A stretch of 64,000 nt of DNA from Nitrosopumilus sp. (GCA_965203315.1 OZ241857.1:1504001-1568000); one strand, 5' to 3'; counted from the first letter of the stretch, positions 1-10,541 are shown. A program made the numbers and translations. Notes: generated by a model from the sequence alone, not told the origin.

Positions 1-1641
1 ACCGATCATCTGTTCTGATTTATCTGGATCCCAATCTATGATATCGTACATATGTTCAGGTAGATTGTCATCTTGAATATACCACATCTCGTCATGTTTA
101 TCATACCAGCAATTGTTGTAGATGTCTCTCTCTGGAATGTCATCTGGAGTTGAAAAGTTTGCTAATGTTATCCGGTTCTTGTCCCTCTCTATCAATTTTT
201 CTTCTAGCAGATTATGTTCTAACACATTCTCATTTATGGGAGCACGTCCTCGAGGATTATCTGATCTCTTTAAGAGATATTTGATCCATTCATCATCACA
301 CTCGTCTGTAAAATCTGGTAACGGTACATTCTCACACCACTCTTTGTACAAAATCGCAACGCGTTTGTCATAATATCGTAGAGCTTCGGCATGAGCTCTG
401 TTCTCATTCCTTTCCCTCTCTGAAATCTCAGGATTATGTATGAATAACCTAACTGACATCGCCAACACTTCCAGATCTCTTATATCTTGTGTTGGAACAT
501 AACCAGGTCCACTCCATATAGGACCATCAAGTGGTTTAACATTCTGAATCGTGTCTAAATTTTCAATCAAAAAATCATAGATCAGTTCGATCCTTTTAGC
601 AAAGATACGTTGATTTATCTCTTCTCTAGTTAACGTAGATACAAGATCGATATCCCAACCATGTAACTTGCATGCCAAGATCAATTTTTTATCTAGTGAT
701 AAAAATATGGGTGATGAAACACCAAAAACAAATTTGATGCAATTTGTGATATAGTTGTCTAAATCTTTATCCTCTTCTCTCGCTAGTTTATACAGCTCTT
801 CACGTTCCAAATTTGAGTAATATTCATTCAACTCTGCAAACGTAGAGTCTCCAGTCAGATCATAACCTGCAAACTGTTGTTTGATCAGTAAAGACACAGA
901 GTTACGATCAACATCTTTTGGTAGAGCTATCCTAAAGTGTCTAATGGGATCATAAAAGTTTGCTAGAGGATAGTCCCACTGCACATCAATACCATTACGA
1001 TAGATTCCAACATATGATACTAGTTCAAAGGACAAACTGTATAGTGCTCCAACATCTGCTTCAAAGATGATTCTAAAGTTTGTAATGTACAAGGTTCCAT
1101 GGTCTTTAATTTTAAGGGAGTCTTTGTACATCTCTTCAATATATTCATCAGGCTCGAGACATAGGTATCTCTCGTTCTCGGTGAACAATACTGGTCTTAA
1201 AAGCTCTTTAAAGATCTTGCTGCACAATTGTAAGGATGTAAATCTACGCCCAACTAGATCGTATGCGGCCATGTCACATTTGACCGGATTAGACCCATAA
1301 TTCTCTCTGATGTAATGTATTGTGATGCTGTTCTCTCTTGGTGTAATAGCTATAACTTCATCTAGATCTAGATCCAATCTGATTACTCTATTGTTGTATA
1401 CTCGGACTCTCTTGTTGGTGATCACCAAAACCTCATTGTCATTTAGTGTGGTTTTGATTATGATCTGCTCCTTTGCCACAACCCCACTATCTTGTGGAAC
1501 GATTTTAAGATTTTGGTTTGATGCGTTGACTATTCCTTTTGGGGGAGGGATTAAACCAACAGTTCTTCTAACCTGTTCTGTTACGTTGATGGAGATTGAG
1601 ACCTTGACGTTATCTCGAGGAATGCGCAGTATGTGACTCAA
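1..1641 (-). CDS. Hypothetical protein (>547 aa, runs off the window edge) with two tandem PH/GRAM-like domains
   Basis: Manual minus-strand translation is open from TTG 1641 to base 1 (MSHILRIPRDNVKV...EVLVITNKRVRVY...LEPDEYIEE...HGTLYITNFRIIFE...WDPDKSEQMIG). Not in the ORF track because it has no stop in the window. Start codon uncertain. Confidence 0.8.
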   Translation of the reverse strand, partial: MSHILRIPRDNVKVSISINVTEQVRRTVGLIPPPKGIVNASNQNLKIVPQDSGVVAKEQIIIKTTLNDNEVLVITNKRVRVYNNRVIRLDLDLDEVIAITPRENSITIHYIRENYGSNPVKCDMAAYDLVGRRFTSLQLCSKIFKELLRPVLFTENERYLCLEPDEYIEEMYKDSLKIKDHGTLYITNFRIIFEADVGALYSLSFELVSYVGIYRNGIDVQWDYPLANFYDPIRHFRIALPKDVDRNSVSLLIKQQFAGYDLTGDSTFAELNEYYSNLEREELYKLAREEDKDLDNYITNCIKFVFGVSSPIFLSLDKKLILACKLHGWDIDLVSTLTREEINQRIFAKRIELIYDFLIENLDTIQNVKPLDGPIWSGPGYVPTQDIRDLEVLAMSVRLFIHNPEISERERNENRAHAEALRYYDKRVAILYKEWCENVPLPDFTDECDDEWIKYLLKRSDNPRGRAPINENVLEHNLLEEKLIERDKNRITLANFSTPDDIPERDIYNNCWYDKHDEMWYIQDDNLPEHMYDIIDWDPDKSEQMIG

Positions 1642-1759
1642 AACAGTAGAAAATCTACGTATCTTATGTGAGAGAATTTTGTGTAAAACCGCAATCTCTA
1701 CTGATTTAGCAGAACCAATCAAAGTACCTCTTAAATATCTCTTATGGTGAAGATAATAG

Positions 1760-2320
1760 ATGGATAAAATGAGTCTAGATGCTCTTGATACAATTTGCTT
1801 AACACTAGCTGCCAACAATAATGAAATTGAGGGCAGAACAGTTATTCAAAAACTCATCTATTTTGAAATGCAAAAGATAAAAGAAATAAACATTATGCCA
1901 CATCTTGCATACTATTATGGTCCCTTTAACAGTGAAGTTGCAGATGGTTTAGGAATGTTAGTTTACTTGGGTATCATAACTGAAAGAATAGTACCTGAAA
2001 CATATCCGACATGGGCATATAGAGTTGAAGGTGACAAGGGAAAATCAGTTATAGAAAAATTGAAAAGAGATAAACAGAATACATACAAAAAAATCAAAGA
2101 TGTTGTTCAGATATGTAAAGACTGCTGTTCATTAAAACAAAACCCATTGTCTATTGCAGCTAAAATTCACTATATATTTTTAGATGTAGAAACTAAAAAC
2201 ATGTTGTATAAAGACATAAGTGACGCAACAGAAAACTTTGGTTGGGAGATTACAGATGACGAAGTAGATTCTGGTGCACAGCTGTTAGAGCAACTTGATC
2301 TTGCCAGAATTAAGCGATAA
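1760..2320 (+). CDS. Panacea/SocA (DUF4065)/YwgA-like protein
   Basis: GRTVIQKLIYF...YYYGPF motif; disrupted paralog at 6254-8320. Confidence 0.65.
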   Translation: MDKMSLDALDTICLTLAANNNEIEGRTVIQKLIYFEMQKIKEINIMPHLAYYYGPFNSEVADGLGMLVYLGIITERIVPETYPTWAYRVEGDKGKSVIEKLKRDKQNTYKKIKDVVQICKDCCSLKQNPLSIAAKIHYIFLDVETKNMLYKDISDATENFGWEITDDEVDSGAQLLEQLDLARIKR

Positions 2321-2778
2321 AAATCACTTTGAATATAACTTTATACTAGACACACTTTACAGATTTATTAATTTATCAAAACCAGAAATAGAAATATTTA
2401 TGTCCACTAAAACCTCCCGTAAAAATAGTAATCTACAGAGCAATAGGAGTGAATGGAGAACAATACTTTGAACTACGTGATGGAACAAACACACAACAAT
2501 GATGGAATGTACCAACGAAAATAAGTTTTGACGTCAATAACGTGATCAAATCTCTATGAATCAAAATGTAAAGTTCAAACCTTTTTTACACTATAAAGAT
2601 AGCGTTTTTTAATTAATCAACATGGAGGTCGCTCATATTGATACATTGTTTATGTCGGAACTTATTTTTGGCGGTATATTGTGTTATTAAAAATAACATA
2701 TATCTAAAAATTCTAAATGTTCTATTGTGATGTAGCCTAGTAAACAAATACAATTAGAAACAAAATATAAATGTGAAC

Positions 2779-2925
2779 TTATTTTTGTCCTCGACTATGG
2801 TTGGTGGCTTTATCCTCTGTTCTTGTGCTGTTTTTTCTCTTGAGACCAGGTCTAATAGGCGCCTCCACACTACCATATATGTGGGTTGTTTTTTCTTTAT
2901 CGTTATCAGATTTTTCGCTTGTCAT
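2779..2925 (-). CDS. Small hypothetical protein, 48 aa (MTSEKSDNDKEKTTHIYGSVEAPIRPGLKRK...)
   Basis: ATG-initiated ORF below the track cutoff; TATA-like sequence about 25 bp upstream; weak resemblance to 54737-54859. Confidence 0.35.
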   Translation of the reverse strand: MTSEKSDNDKEKTTHIYGSVEAPIRPGLKRKNSTRTEDKATNHSRGQK

Positions 2926-3117
2926 ACTTGTACAAGGCAGCTATCATATAAAAATTCTATGATATATGGTTAAGTGTCGTAACGTGGGAGTTTGGTGGGA
3001 AGAAACTCAAAATTACCTGCTTAGTCAATCCATGAGTCGCACACTGAAATCTCCAACTCTAGGATCACAGAACCAACACAATCAATCTTTATTTACTGTA
3101 TATGTCTATATCGTACA

Positions 3118-3366
3118 ATGGCCTCTTGTGACAGACGCACTCATGCATACAAGAACGGTAGAACACTAGAGCAGTGTAGAGATATAGCCGAGGCTCTGAA
3201 TCCTATCTTTAAGGAGCAGATCAAGATCAATGGCAAGATACTCTGGACAGATATACTCGAGCAGGTGAAACATGACGAGTTGGTGTACAAGTTTACGCTA
3301 AAGTTTCTTAGGCGTGATGGATACGATATCGGCAACTACAAGATCCCTGAAGTAAAACTAGTCTAG
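3118..3366 (+). CDS. Small hypothetical protein
   Basis: 82-aa ORF with natural composition and an upstream TATA-like element. Confidence 0.75.
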   Translation: MASCDRRTHAYKNGRTLEQCRDIAEALNPIFKEQIKINGKILWTDILEQVKHDELVYKFTLKFLRRDGYDIGNYKIPEVKLV

Positions 3367-4152
3367 TACACATGTATCTCGTAGCCTCTTTGCCATGATA
3401 TATGGTGTAACGAGCAATACGGGAATCGAGACTGCGATAAATACCGTCTGTAGCTGTGTAAGCGCAATAGATAGTGCTATTCCACTTGCTGTACCCACAA
3501 ATATGGATAGAAATGTTCCCGCACATGTAGGACATGCAATAAAGAGTCCTGTTGCAGCACCCAGTATGCCGACTCCTCGCTCTCTATTTGATATAGTGTA
3601 TGCATTTACAACTATTGCTGCATTTAGTGCAACCAAATACGATACAATAACCTGTAGTACCAAGTTTATTGGAATTATCTGCAATCCTACATGTTCTGTA
3701 AGATATACTATGACTTTGGGCATATATCCAGGATCATCACAACATGGGGCAACAAACCCTGATGGGATTACAGCTCCATAGTGTATCACAAAGTTGACCT
3801 CTGGTTGATACACTAGAGTCCCTGACACCAAAGCAAAGAATATTCCATATATCACAAACGTTACAACAAACACCTTCTTTGATCTCTTGTTGGATACCAG
3901 TATGGCAATAGTACTCAACATATCGTTCTTGCCTTGTTTGATCTTTGTTTTTTGGTATCTGTATAATCCAAAAGAGATGGCACCGAGTGCAGCAATCAAT
4001 GTGATGTAAAATCCATATGCGATTCGTTGAATCGAGTCTATGGCACTAGGCGTCAGCAGTTCTGGATCCTGATACCTCCCATACAACACAAACAGTACAG
4101 CAATGACAACAAACCCTAAAACGATCAACTCTCTGCCTGAACGACCGATCAT
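3358..4152 (-). CDS. Multi-pass membrane protein with PCC and CPTC motifs
   Basis: Several hydrophobic helices; Cys motifs suggest metal binding. Confidence 0.8.
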   Translation of the reverse strand: MIGRSGRELIVLGFVVIAVLFVLYGRYQDPELLTPSAIDSIQRIAYGFYITLIAALGAISFGLYRYQKTKIKQGKNDMLSTIAILVSNKRSKKVFVVTFVIYGIFFALVSGTLVYQPEVNFVIHYGAVIPSGFVAPCCDDPGYMPKVIVYLTEHVGLQIIPINLVLQVIVSYLVALNAAIVVNAYTISNRERGVGILGAATGLFIACPTCAGTFLSIFVGTASGIALSIALTQLQTVFIAVSIPVLLVTPYIMAKRLRDTCVLD

Positions 4153-4187
4153 GATATATGATATTTCATAATGAGATTAAATTCTAT

Positions 4188-6023
4188 CTAGCTGAGCCTT
4201 GGTAGAAATATGTACAGTATTGCTATGATCTCTAGCCTACCAAATATCATCAAGAACCCTAACACGATCTTTGTTGCAGGATCTGTCTCAAAGTCGATCA
4301 CACCTGTAGAGAGTCCTCCTGTAGTGATCACACCTACTGCCTCAAAGAATGCATCGTTGTATGATGCACCGGTGATTGCTGCTAGATGTGCTCCTGTTAC
4401 CGCTGCTATTATGGGAAACAGTCCGACAATTATCAATGTTGATATGATCTCTTTTCGTGTCTGTTCAGAGACCCCCATTCGTTTTATTGTAAGAAACTTT
4501 AGACTGTCCTTTAGATGAAACAGTCTAAATATCTTCAAACCACCAGCTGTGGAGAATCCACAACCACCTACAAACATTAGAATTATGAGTATCGCATATG
4601 CCGAGTCTCCTAGTCCTAGATTGCTTATGTTATCTTCTTGTAGCCCTGCAGTAGAGCTTGCTGATACGACATAGAATGCACTATTTACTAACTCACCACC
4701 ACCTGTACCATAAAGTAGAATTATCGAACCAACAAGTATTGCAAAGTATGTTAAAACCTCCTTGCCGAGTTTTGGCGCAAGAAACTTTTTCCGTACAAAC
4801 GCATAGTGAAATGTAAATGGTAGTGCACCAAGTATCATTGCACCCATTAAGACTAGACGTTCTTGCCATATCAACTCTTCCAAGATGTACGATGTTGGTA
4901 CAAATCCTCCTGTCGCCAAAGTACTCATTGCGAGCGAAAAGTAATCGAGTAACTCTATTCGTTCAGAGTCATTTGACTCTCCAAATATAAACAACAACAT
5001 TGCAACGATTACAATATACAGAGAAAAGATCACCGCAATGGTAGAGAATAACTCTTTCATGTGTAGCGTTCTTCCAGATATGAATCCACGCATAGCTTGA
5101 AGTTTCGATTCCGGATAAAATGCAGTAATTACTAGATATATGAAACTCATGCCTCCTACTAGCTGTGTATAACTTCTATAGAAGGTAAAACTCTGAGTTA
5201 GGCTCTCTGGTTCATCAAACAGTGATATTCCTCCTGTTGTAAATCCAGCTGCGCTAGAAAAGAAAGCATTACCAAATACCTCGACATTCGTCTCATCACT
5301 GGGAAATACATACAGATACGGTACAGTTCCAAACAGTGACAGCAGAAATAGACTTGCAAATACTAGGATCGAGGCTTGCTGTAAATTCAAGCTAGATTTT
5401 TCGCCATATGAGTTTAGAAAGAAACCGGTAACAAGCAACAAGACTGTAGTAAGATATATGCCAGTAGCTGTAAGCGTATCCTCGAGTATGGTTGAGACTA
5501 TAGCTGGAACCAGTAGCAAGACCCCAGCAAACTGTAGTACAAATCCTAGATTTCCTAGAACAGACTTTACTGGCGGACTAAGGAGTCTTGGTGACGTTGT
5601 AGCTGCTTCACGAATGACATCGGCTATAGTAGTTTGAAATATTATTCCAACTACATTGTTCTTTGAGACTATGGGTAGTTTTCTAATGTGATTGTCTCGC
5701 ATCTTGTGTAGTGCGATCTGTAAGGTCGTCTTTTCTCCTATGGTGATCAGCGGTGTATGCATTATGTCTTTTAGTGAGGTAACCTCTGCATGTACAGTAA
5801 CATCACTGACTTTGTTGAGGATATCTTCGTCGGTTACGATTCCTACCGGCACGCCACTGTGATCGGTTACTATAATATCATCTGTCTCGTAGCGCTGTAG
5901 CATTCTTGTAGCATCACGCGTTAGTGTATTCTCGTCTAGTATTAGAACATCTTTGTTCATATACTCAGAGACATACTTGTTTAGCACGTATGATACCGAC
6001 TTTTCTGGGTTGCTTGACATCAA
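4188..6023 (-). CDS. trkH: TrkH-family K+ uptake protein with N-terminal CBS pair
   Basis: CBS domains (GIVTDEDI, IRKLPIV); pore motifs GFTTGG, LATGG, SSTAG, GGCGFSTAGGLK, ITTGGLSTG, FGRLEI. Confidence 0.92.
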   Translation of the reverse strand: MMSSNPEKSVSYVLNKYVSEYMNKDVLILDENTLTRDATRMLQRYETDDIIVTDHSGVPVGIVTDEDILNKVSDVTVHAEVTSLKDIMHTPLITIGEKTTLQIALHKMRDNHIRKLPIVSKNNVVGIIFQTTIADVIREAATTSPRLLSPPVKSVLGNLGFVLQFAGVLLLVPAIVSTILEDTLTATGIYLTTVLLLVTGFFLNSYGEKSSLNLQQASILVFASLFLLSLFGTVPYLYVFPSDETNVEVFGNAFFSSAAGFTTGGISLFDEPESLTQSFTFYRSYTQLVGGMSFIYLVITAFYPESKLQAMRGFISGRTLHMKELFSTIAVIFSLYIVIVAMLLFIFGESNDSERIELLDYFSLAMSTLATGGFVPTSYILEELIWQERLVLMGAMILGALPFTFHYAFVRKKFLAPKLGKEVLTYFAILVGSIILLYGTGGGELVNSAFYVVSASSTAGLQEDNISNLGLGDSAYAILIILMFVGGCGFSTAGGLKIFRLFHLKDSLKFLTIKRMGVSEQTRKEIISTLIIVGLFPIIAAVTGAHLAAITGASYNDAFFEAVGVITTGGLSTGVIDFETDPATKIVLGFLMIFGRLEIIAILYIFLPRLS

Positions 6024-6112
6024 GCTATTCTTGATCGTGTATTTTAAATAATTTGGTATTGTGTGGTTTGATACTAAAACACCCTTTATTGTTTCTAAAT
6101 ACTGTTTTAAAC

Positions 6113-6220
6113 CGATCTTTTCGGTTTACGTGGGATAGAATAGTTGCAGAAAACACTACGATTCTAAGTGGATCGTGGGAAAAAGCCTTACGAAATACCA
6201 TAAGTAAACCGAAAATATCC
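6113..6220. mobile_element. MITE, IS6-derived GGATCT family
   Basis: Ends CGATCTTTTCGGTTTACG...GTAAACCGAAAATATCC match the TIRs of IS 6541-8040. Confidence 0.8.
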
Positions 6221-6540
6221 CAATACAGACTAAGTTTTAAATAGTCTTCAAGTATGATGATCCTGTTGTCCTTGGATGCATTTGACACAATTTGTTTAAC
6301 GTTGGCTGCTAACAGTAATGAGATTAGAGGCCGAACAACAATTCATAAATTAATCTATTTCGAGATGCAACAAATTTCAGAAATAAAAATTAATCCACAT
6401 ATTGCATATTATTATGACCATTTAACAGTCAAGTTGCGGTAGAGTTAGAAAATTTGGTTTATTTAGATGTTATAAGCGAAAAAAGATTATTGTCGAGCTA
6501 TCCTACATATGAATATAAACTTGAAGAGAAAGGGATAGAG

Positions 6541-8040
6541 GGATCTTTTCGATTTACGTTGGATGGATTTTTTACAGACTCATCATTGCAAGACTTGATG
6601 GAATTATTGAAACGAAATATTCACACTTTGTATTAAAATGTCAATAAAAAAGCACTTGTTATTTAATTCTGTTAGAATTTACTAGACAAATTTAAAATTA
6701 TACAGAGTTTTCACTGCGTTCAGTATTAATGTACGCCATTTATTGACTCCTTTTACAATAATTCTAGCTCTGTCGGCTGGTGTGTCATTGTTTAAACCCA
6801 TATGTGGTCTAATGTAATTGTAATGTATTCTAATTCCACGAATGAGAAAAGCGTTTTTGAAGCCTTTGATTTTTTGTTCAACATGTCTAAACTTTCCATT
6901 AAAACTCTCAATCTCATTGTTGTGTACATGATCACCTGCCATGTGAATTTCTCTAATGTGAATAGATGACTTGCCTGATTTTGCTTTTGCAAATATCTTC
7001 TTAAACGATGATTCATAGCAAGCTGCGCCATCAGTTATCAGTACAGACGGTGTTTTTTGTGCAATCTTTTCTGCCTCTTTAAATAATTTATTGACTTGTG
7101 CTTTATTTTTCTTCTTGCCAACTTGACTGCCTAGCCAAAACCTTGTTTTACGATCCAGCATCGCAAAGAGATAATGCAGTTTGCCATTGATCTCGAACCA
7201 CACTTCATCAGCATGAAATATCTCACCAACTTGAGGTGCGAGTGTTGAGATGTACTCGTCCATCAATTTGACGTATCTTATAGTCCAGTCGTGGATGGTG
7301 GTACGCCCAACTTTGACACCTTTCTTTGCCAAAAATTGTACGACTTCACTCAAGCTAGATCCTGTAAGATGTAAATGTATTGCATCAGTTACATGCTCTG
7401 GTGACGCGGCTAGTCCCTCAAATCCCACATTTCCAGAAAACGATACCTCGCATATCTTGCAGTAATATTTTTGATTATCATAATTTTTGTTAGGTCTGAT
7501 GCCATTTTTTACAGTCTTTAGAGTGCCACAGTATTTACAACAAATCTTACCATCATTTAGTGACTCTAGCGTAGTTTCTTTTGTTTTTGTCCCAACCTCC
7601 ACTACGATATCAACCATTTTGACATGTTTGCATCTCTTTTTTCCAAACTTGTAGCCTTTACAAGTGCAAAACCAATTTCCTGGTTCACCCATAACATCGT
7701 ATGTTTCATCTCCTGTTTGAATCTTGACTTTGTAGTGGTTATCTTGTACTTTTTTGACACACTTGCACATTTCTAAATACTCTTTTGTAGCATCAGACAT
7801 GCGGATTTGCTCTAGATTTTGCTTCACATGTGTAGTAGAAATATACTAGTATATACTACTTTTTTTAAAAAAAGTTAATTTTTTAGTTAAAAAAATTTTA
7901 TTCATTTAAAGTTTTCTATCATATGTTGAATTACAAACAGAAATCTAGCAAATATCACACAATTGCTTTATTTTTGAAGTGTTGAGTAGTTTTGGGAAAA
8001 AGTCGTCTAAAAAACCATCCAACGTAAATCGAATAGATCC
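6541..8040 (-). mobile_element. IS6-family insertion sequence, 1500 bp
   Basis: 26-bp TIR GGATCT(T/A)TTCGATTTACGTTGGATGG; 8-bp target duplication GGATAGAG (6533-6540 and 8041-8048). Confidence 0.93.
6682..7827 (-). CDS. IS6-family DDE transposase with N-terminal SWIM finger and Zn ribbon
   Basis: FHADEVW, LITDG, NNEIESFN, HYNYIRPHMGL; CTC...RCKH SWIM motif; CKYC...CKIC ribbon. Confidence 0.92.
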   Translation of the reverse strand: MKQNLEQIRMSDATKEYLEMCKCVKKVQDNHYKVKIQTGDETYDVMGEPGNWFCTCKGYKFGKKRCKHVKMVDIVVEVGTKTKETTLESLNDGKICCKYCGTLKTVKNGIRPNKNYDNQKYYCKICEVSFSGNVGFEGLAASPEHVTDAIHLHLTGSSLSEVVQFLAKKGVKVGRTTIHDWTIRYVKLMDEYISTLAPQVGEIFHADEVWFEINGKLHYLFAMLDRKTRFWLGSQVGKKKNKAQVNKLFKEAEKIAQKTPSVLITDGAACYESSFKKIFAKAKSGKSSIHIREIHMAGDHVHNNEIESFNGKFRHVEQKIKGFKNAFLIRGIRIHYNYIRPHMGLNNDTPADRARIIVKGVNKWRTLILNAVKTLYNFKFV

Positions 8041-8516
8041 GGATAGAGACTACAGACACACTGATAGAAAGTAATGAAAAATCATATAGAAAAATTAAAA
8101 AGATTGTTGAAACATGTAGGGAATATTGTTCGTTAAAGCAAAATCCATTATCAATAGCAGCAAAAATCCATTACATTCTCTCAAAAAAGAACGTAAAGAA
8201 GGAATAACTCCTTATAAAGTAATCAAAATGTCCAGGACTTTTGATTGGAACATCTCAAAACCAGATATCGAATCTGGCACAAAGCTATTAGGAAAACTCA
8301 ATCTTGTCAGAATTAAGTGATAAAAGATAAGTACAAATCAATAAGAGCCTAGAATTGATTGCTTTTACAAATTTACAGATTATTTTTCCAAATAACATAA
8401 CTCAATATTTAGTAAGCACTGTCTTAGTTGTTCATAACCATGGGCGAATTTAACTACAATGTTAATTGATTCTAAATTTCACAATAATTGCTTAGAGGCT
8501 ATAGGCATCTAATCAT

Positions 8517-9029
8517 CTATTGTTTTGCAATTGATATGAGATTTTCGTAAAAATGCTTAAAAGATTCATTATGTTGTTTGGCCTTTTCAACATCAAAAGT
8601 TTTTAGAATTTCTAGACTTTTTTTCTCACTATTTCGTCTAGTACCTCCGGTCAACTCTATGAATTTCTCCTTGTTGATATCTTTAGTATTTTTTATAAAT
8701 TGGTTTTTGTAATTAATTTTTGAACCAGATATGTACCAGCTTTCAATACATTTATTGACTATTATTATACGATCTTTACTAATGCTAAACTCTTTGTTTC
8801 TCTTCTGTATCTTGTTTTCAATCGAATCTGAATTTTTATCAACCAACATTACATGATATTCGTTATTGTTTTTATTTTTCTCAATTAATGAGTTAATGTC
8901 TTTATTAAGAGATTCAGCATATTTTAAAATTCTTGGAGTAAAATTACTAAAACACTTTCTCAAAATGAATTCCACAAAGAGCTTATCTGTGTTGCCTTCT
9001 ACATATACAAATAAATCATTTGTTTTCAT
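8517..9029 (-). CDS. TOPRIM-like protein (DUF4276/RloB-like), partner of the ABC ATPase
   Basis: VYVEGNTD...LVDKNSD...CIESWY; 4-bp overlap with the ATPase gene. Confidence 0.7.
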   Translation of the reverse strand: MKTNDLFVYVEGNTDKLFVEFILRKCFSNFTPRILKYAESLNKDINSLIEKNKNNNEYHVMLVDKNSDSIENKIQKRNKEFSISKDRIIIVNKCIESWYISGSKINYKNQFIKNTKDINKEKFIELTGGTRRNSEKKSLEILKTFDVEKAKQHNESFKHFYENLISIAKQ

Positions 9030-10246
9030 AATAATAAACCTTGTCTCAAAAGTGTATGTATCGGAGCTACATCGTTAAATCTTTTAACCATTTCATGATC
9101 TTTTAACTTGATTAAAGTTGAAATTCCTTGTTTATCTCTATTCAATAATAGAACGTTCTTTATGGGTATATACTCTACAATATCTGGGTTGTGTGTGGTA
9201 ATGATAATTTGTTTTAATTCCGTAGCAACATCCATCAACTCAATTATTTGGCTTAACAAACTTGGATAAATACTATGTTCGGGTTCGTCAATTACTGATA
9301 CTGACGTATCTTCAAAAAACATACAGATCAATAGTGCAATAATATTTACTGTTCCGTCTGAAACAAATTGGGCAGGTATGTTTTTATCGCTACCGATCTC
9401 TTGCAGACTAAGCTCTGCTTTTCCATTATGATGTTTTATAGAAAATGCTTTCAAAAATGGCAGTAAACTTTGTATGTAATTTAAAAGCTCTTCTCTATCC
9501 TCTTTATTATTTTTTATATGCGCTAAAATATAAGCTAGATTAGATCCATTTGCACTTAATCCAGAGAAATTAGTTATAGTGGTTGGCAATTTTAGCGTAT
9601 TTGGATTTAGGTCATAGGTAGCTATGCTGTGAATAAAATGATGCCAATTTGGTAATATCTGATAAAACAAACCTTCTTGTATCAATAATTGTTCTTCGCT
9701 AGTTCGAAAGTATTCTATTATGGCTGGACGTTTTTCAGTCATAGTTTCTATTTTATCTGTAACTTTATTAAAACTGATTTTTCCTACATTTTTTGATATA
9801 GTTAATTTAGAAATATTATGTGGTTCTTTTAAAGGATCTAAATAAATGATTAAACTATCATCTAATGTGACATATTCATTCGCATCTTGAGTAAATTTTA
9901 TACAAAATTTGTAAACAATTTTGGTTGTTTTCATTTTGGTATGTTCTTCAAGTTTTTGAATATTCTCTGGAAAATCTGAAGAAAAATGTACTTCAAATGA
10001 TAACAATCTGTCTTTTGAATAAAAATTGAGTACTTGATCACTACCTCCCTGAATCAATAAGGCGTATGGCAGTCCATGCTGAATAATATCTGCAAGAAAA
10101 GAGAAAATATTTTTAAAATTGGATTTGCCTGATGCATTTTGTCCAATAATCACATTAAACCGTTCAAGATCAACATCTATGTCAAGAAAATTTTTAAAGT
10201 TATGAACTTTTAACTTGCTTATATAAAAATTGGGAGTGTCCATCAT
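9026..10246 (-). CDS. ABC/SMC-like ATPase (AAA_21/COG4637 type)
   Basis: NFKNF, Walker A GQNASGKS, signature VSDGT, Walker B VIDEPE, H-loop IITTHN. Confidence 0.9.
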   Translation of the reverse strand: MMDTPNFYISKLKVHNFKNFLDIDVDLERFNVIIGQNASGKSNFKNIFSFLADIIQHGLPYALLIQGGSDQVLNFYSKDRLLSFEVHFSSDFPENIQKLEEHTKMKTTKIVYKFCIKFTQDANEYVTLDDSLIIYLDPLKEPHNISKLTISKNVGKISFNKVTDKIETMTEKRPAIIEYFRTSEEQLLIQEGLFYQILPNWHHFIHSIATYDLNPNTLKLPTTITNFSGLSANGSNLAYILAHIKNNKEDREELLNYIQSLLPFLKAFSIKHHNGKAELSLQEIGSDKNIPAQFVSDGTVNIIALLICMFFEDTSVSVIDEPEHSIYPSLLSQIIELMDVATELKQIIITTHNPDIVEYIPIKNVLLLNRDKQGISTLIKLKDHEMVKRFNDVAPIHTLLRQGLLL

Positions 10247-10541
10247 ATTGCTATCATTTTACTCATTTATAAATTTATAATCGCTTGGTAATTTTGTAAA
10301 CATTACGCTAGTTTACCTCTCATATGACATGATTTTTGAGTTGTATGATCTGATTTTATACGTGTGCATTATCAAACTGAATATAACACTCAGAGAGATT
10401 AAATATCTCATTAACGATCATCCCTAGACATGATGCCATCTTGATGTTATAGTCATTATTTATTCTCTTGATGTTACAATAGATTTTTCGCAACAGAACT
10501 TGAATGCTATATTTATAAACAAAGAACAATATCTTAATTAT

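Larger units (their letters stand above)
6254..8320 (+). pseudogene. Paralog of 1760-2320, interrupted by IS6 and two frameshifts
   Basis: SLDAFDTICLTLAANSNEIRGRT before the IS and CSLKQNPLSIAAKIHY...SGTKLLGKLNLVRIK after it; frameshifts near 6417 and 8180. Confidence 0.88.

Noticed and set aside
122-1636. Plus-strand ORFs 122-373, 1067-1300 and 1322-1636
   Set aside because: They are antisense shadows of the long minus-strand ORF.
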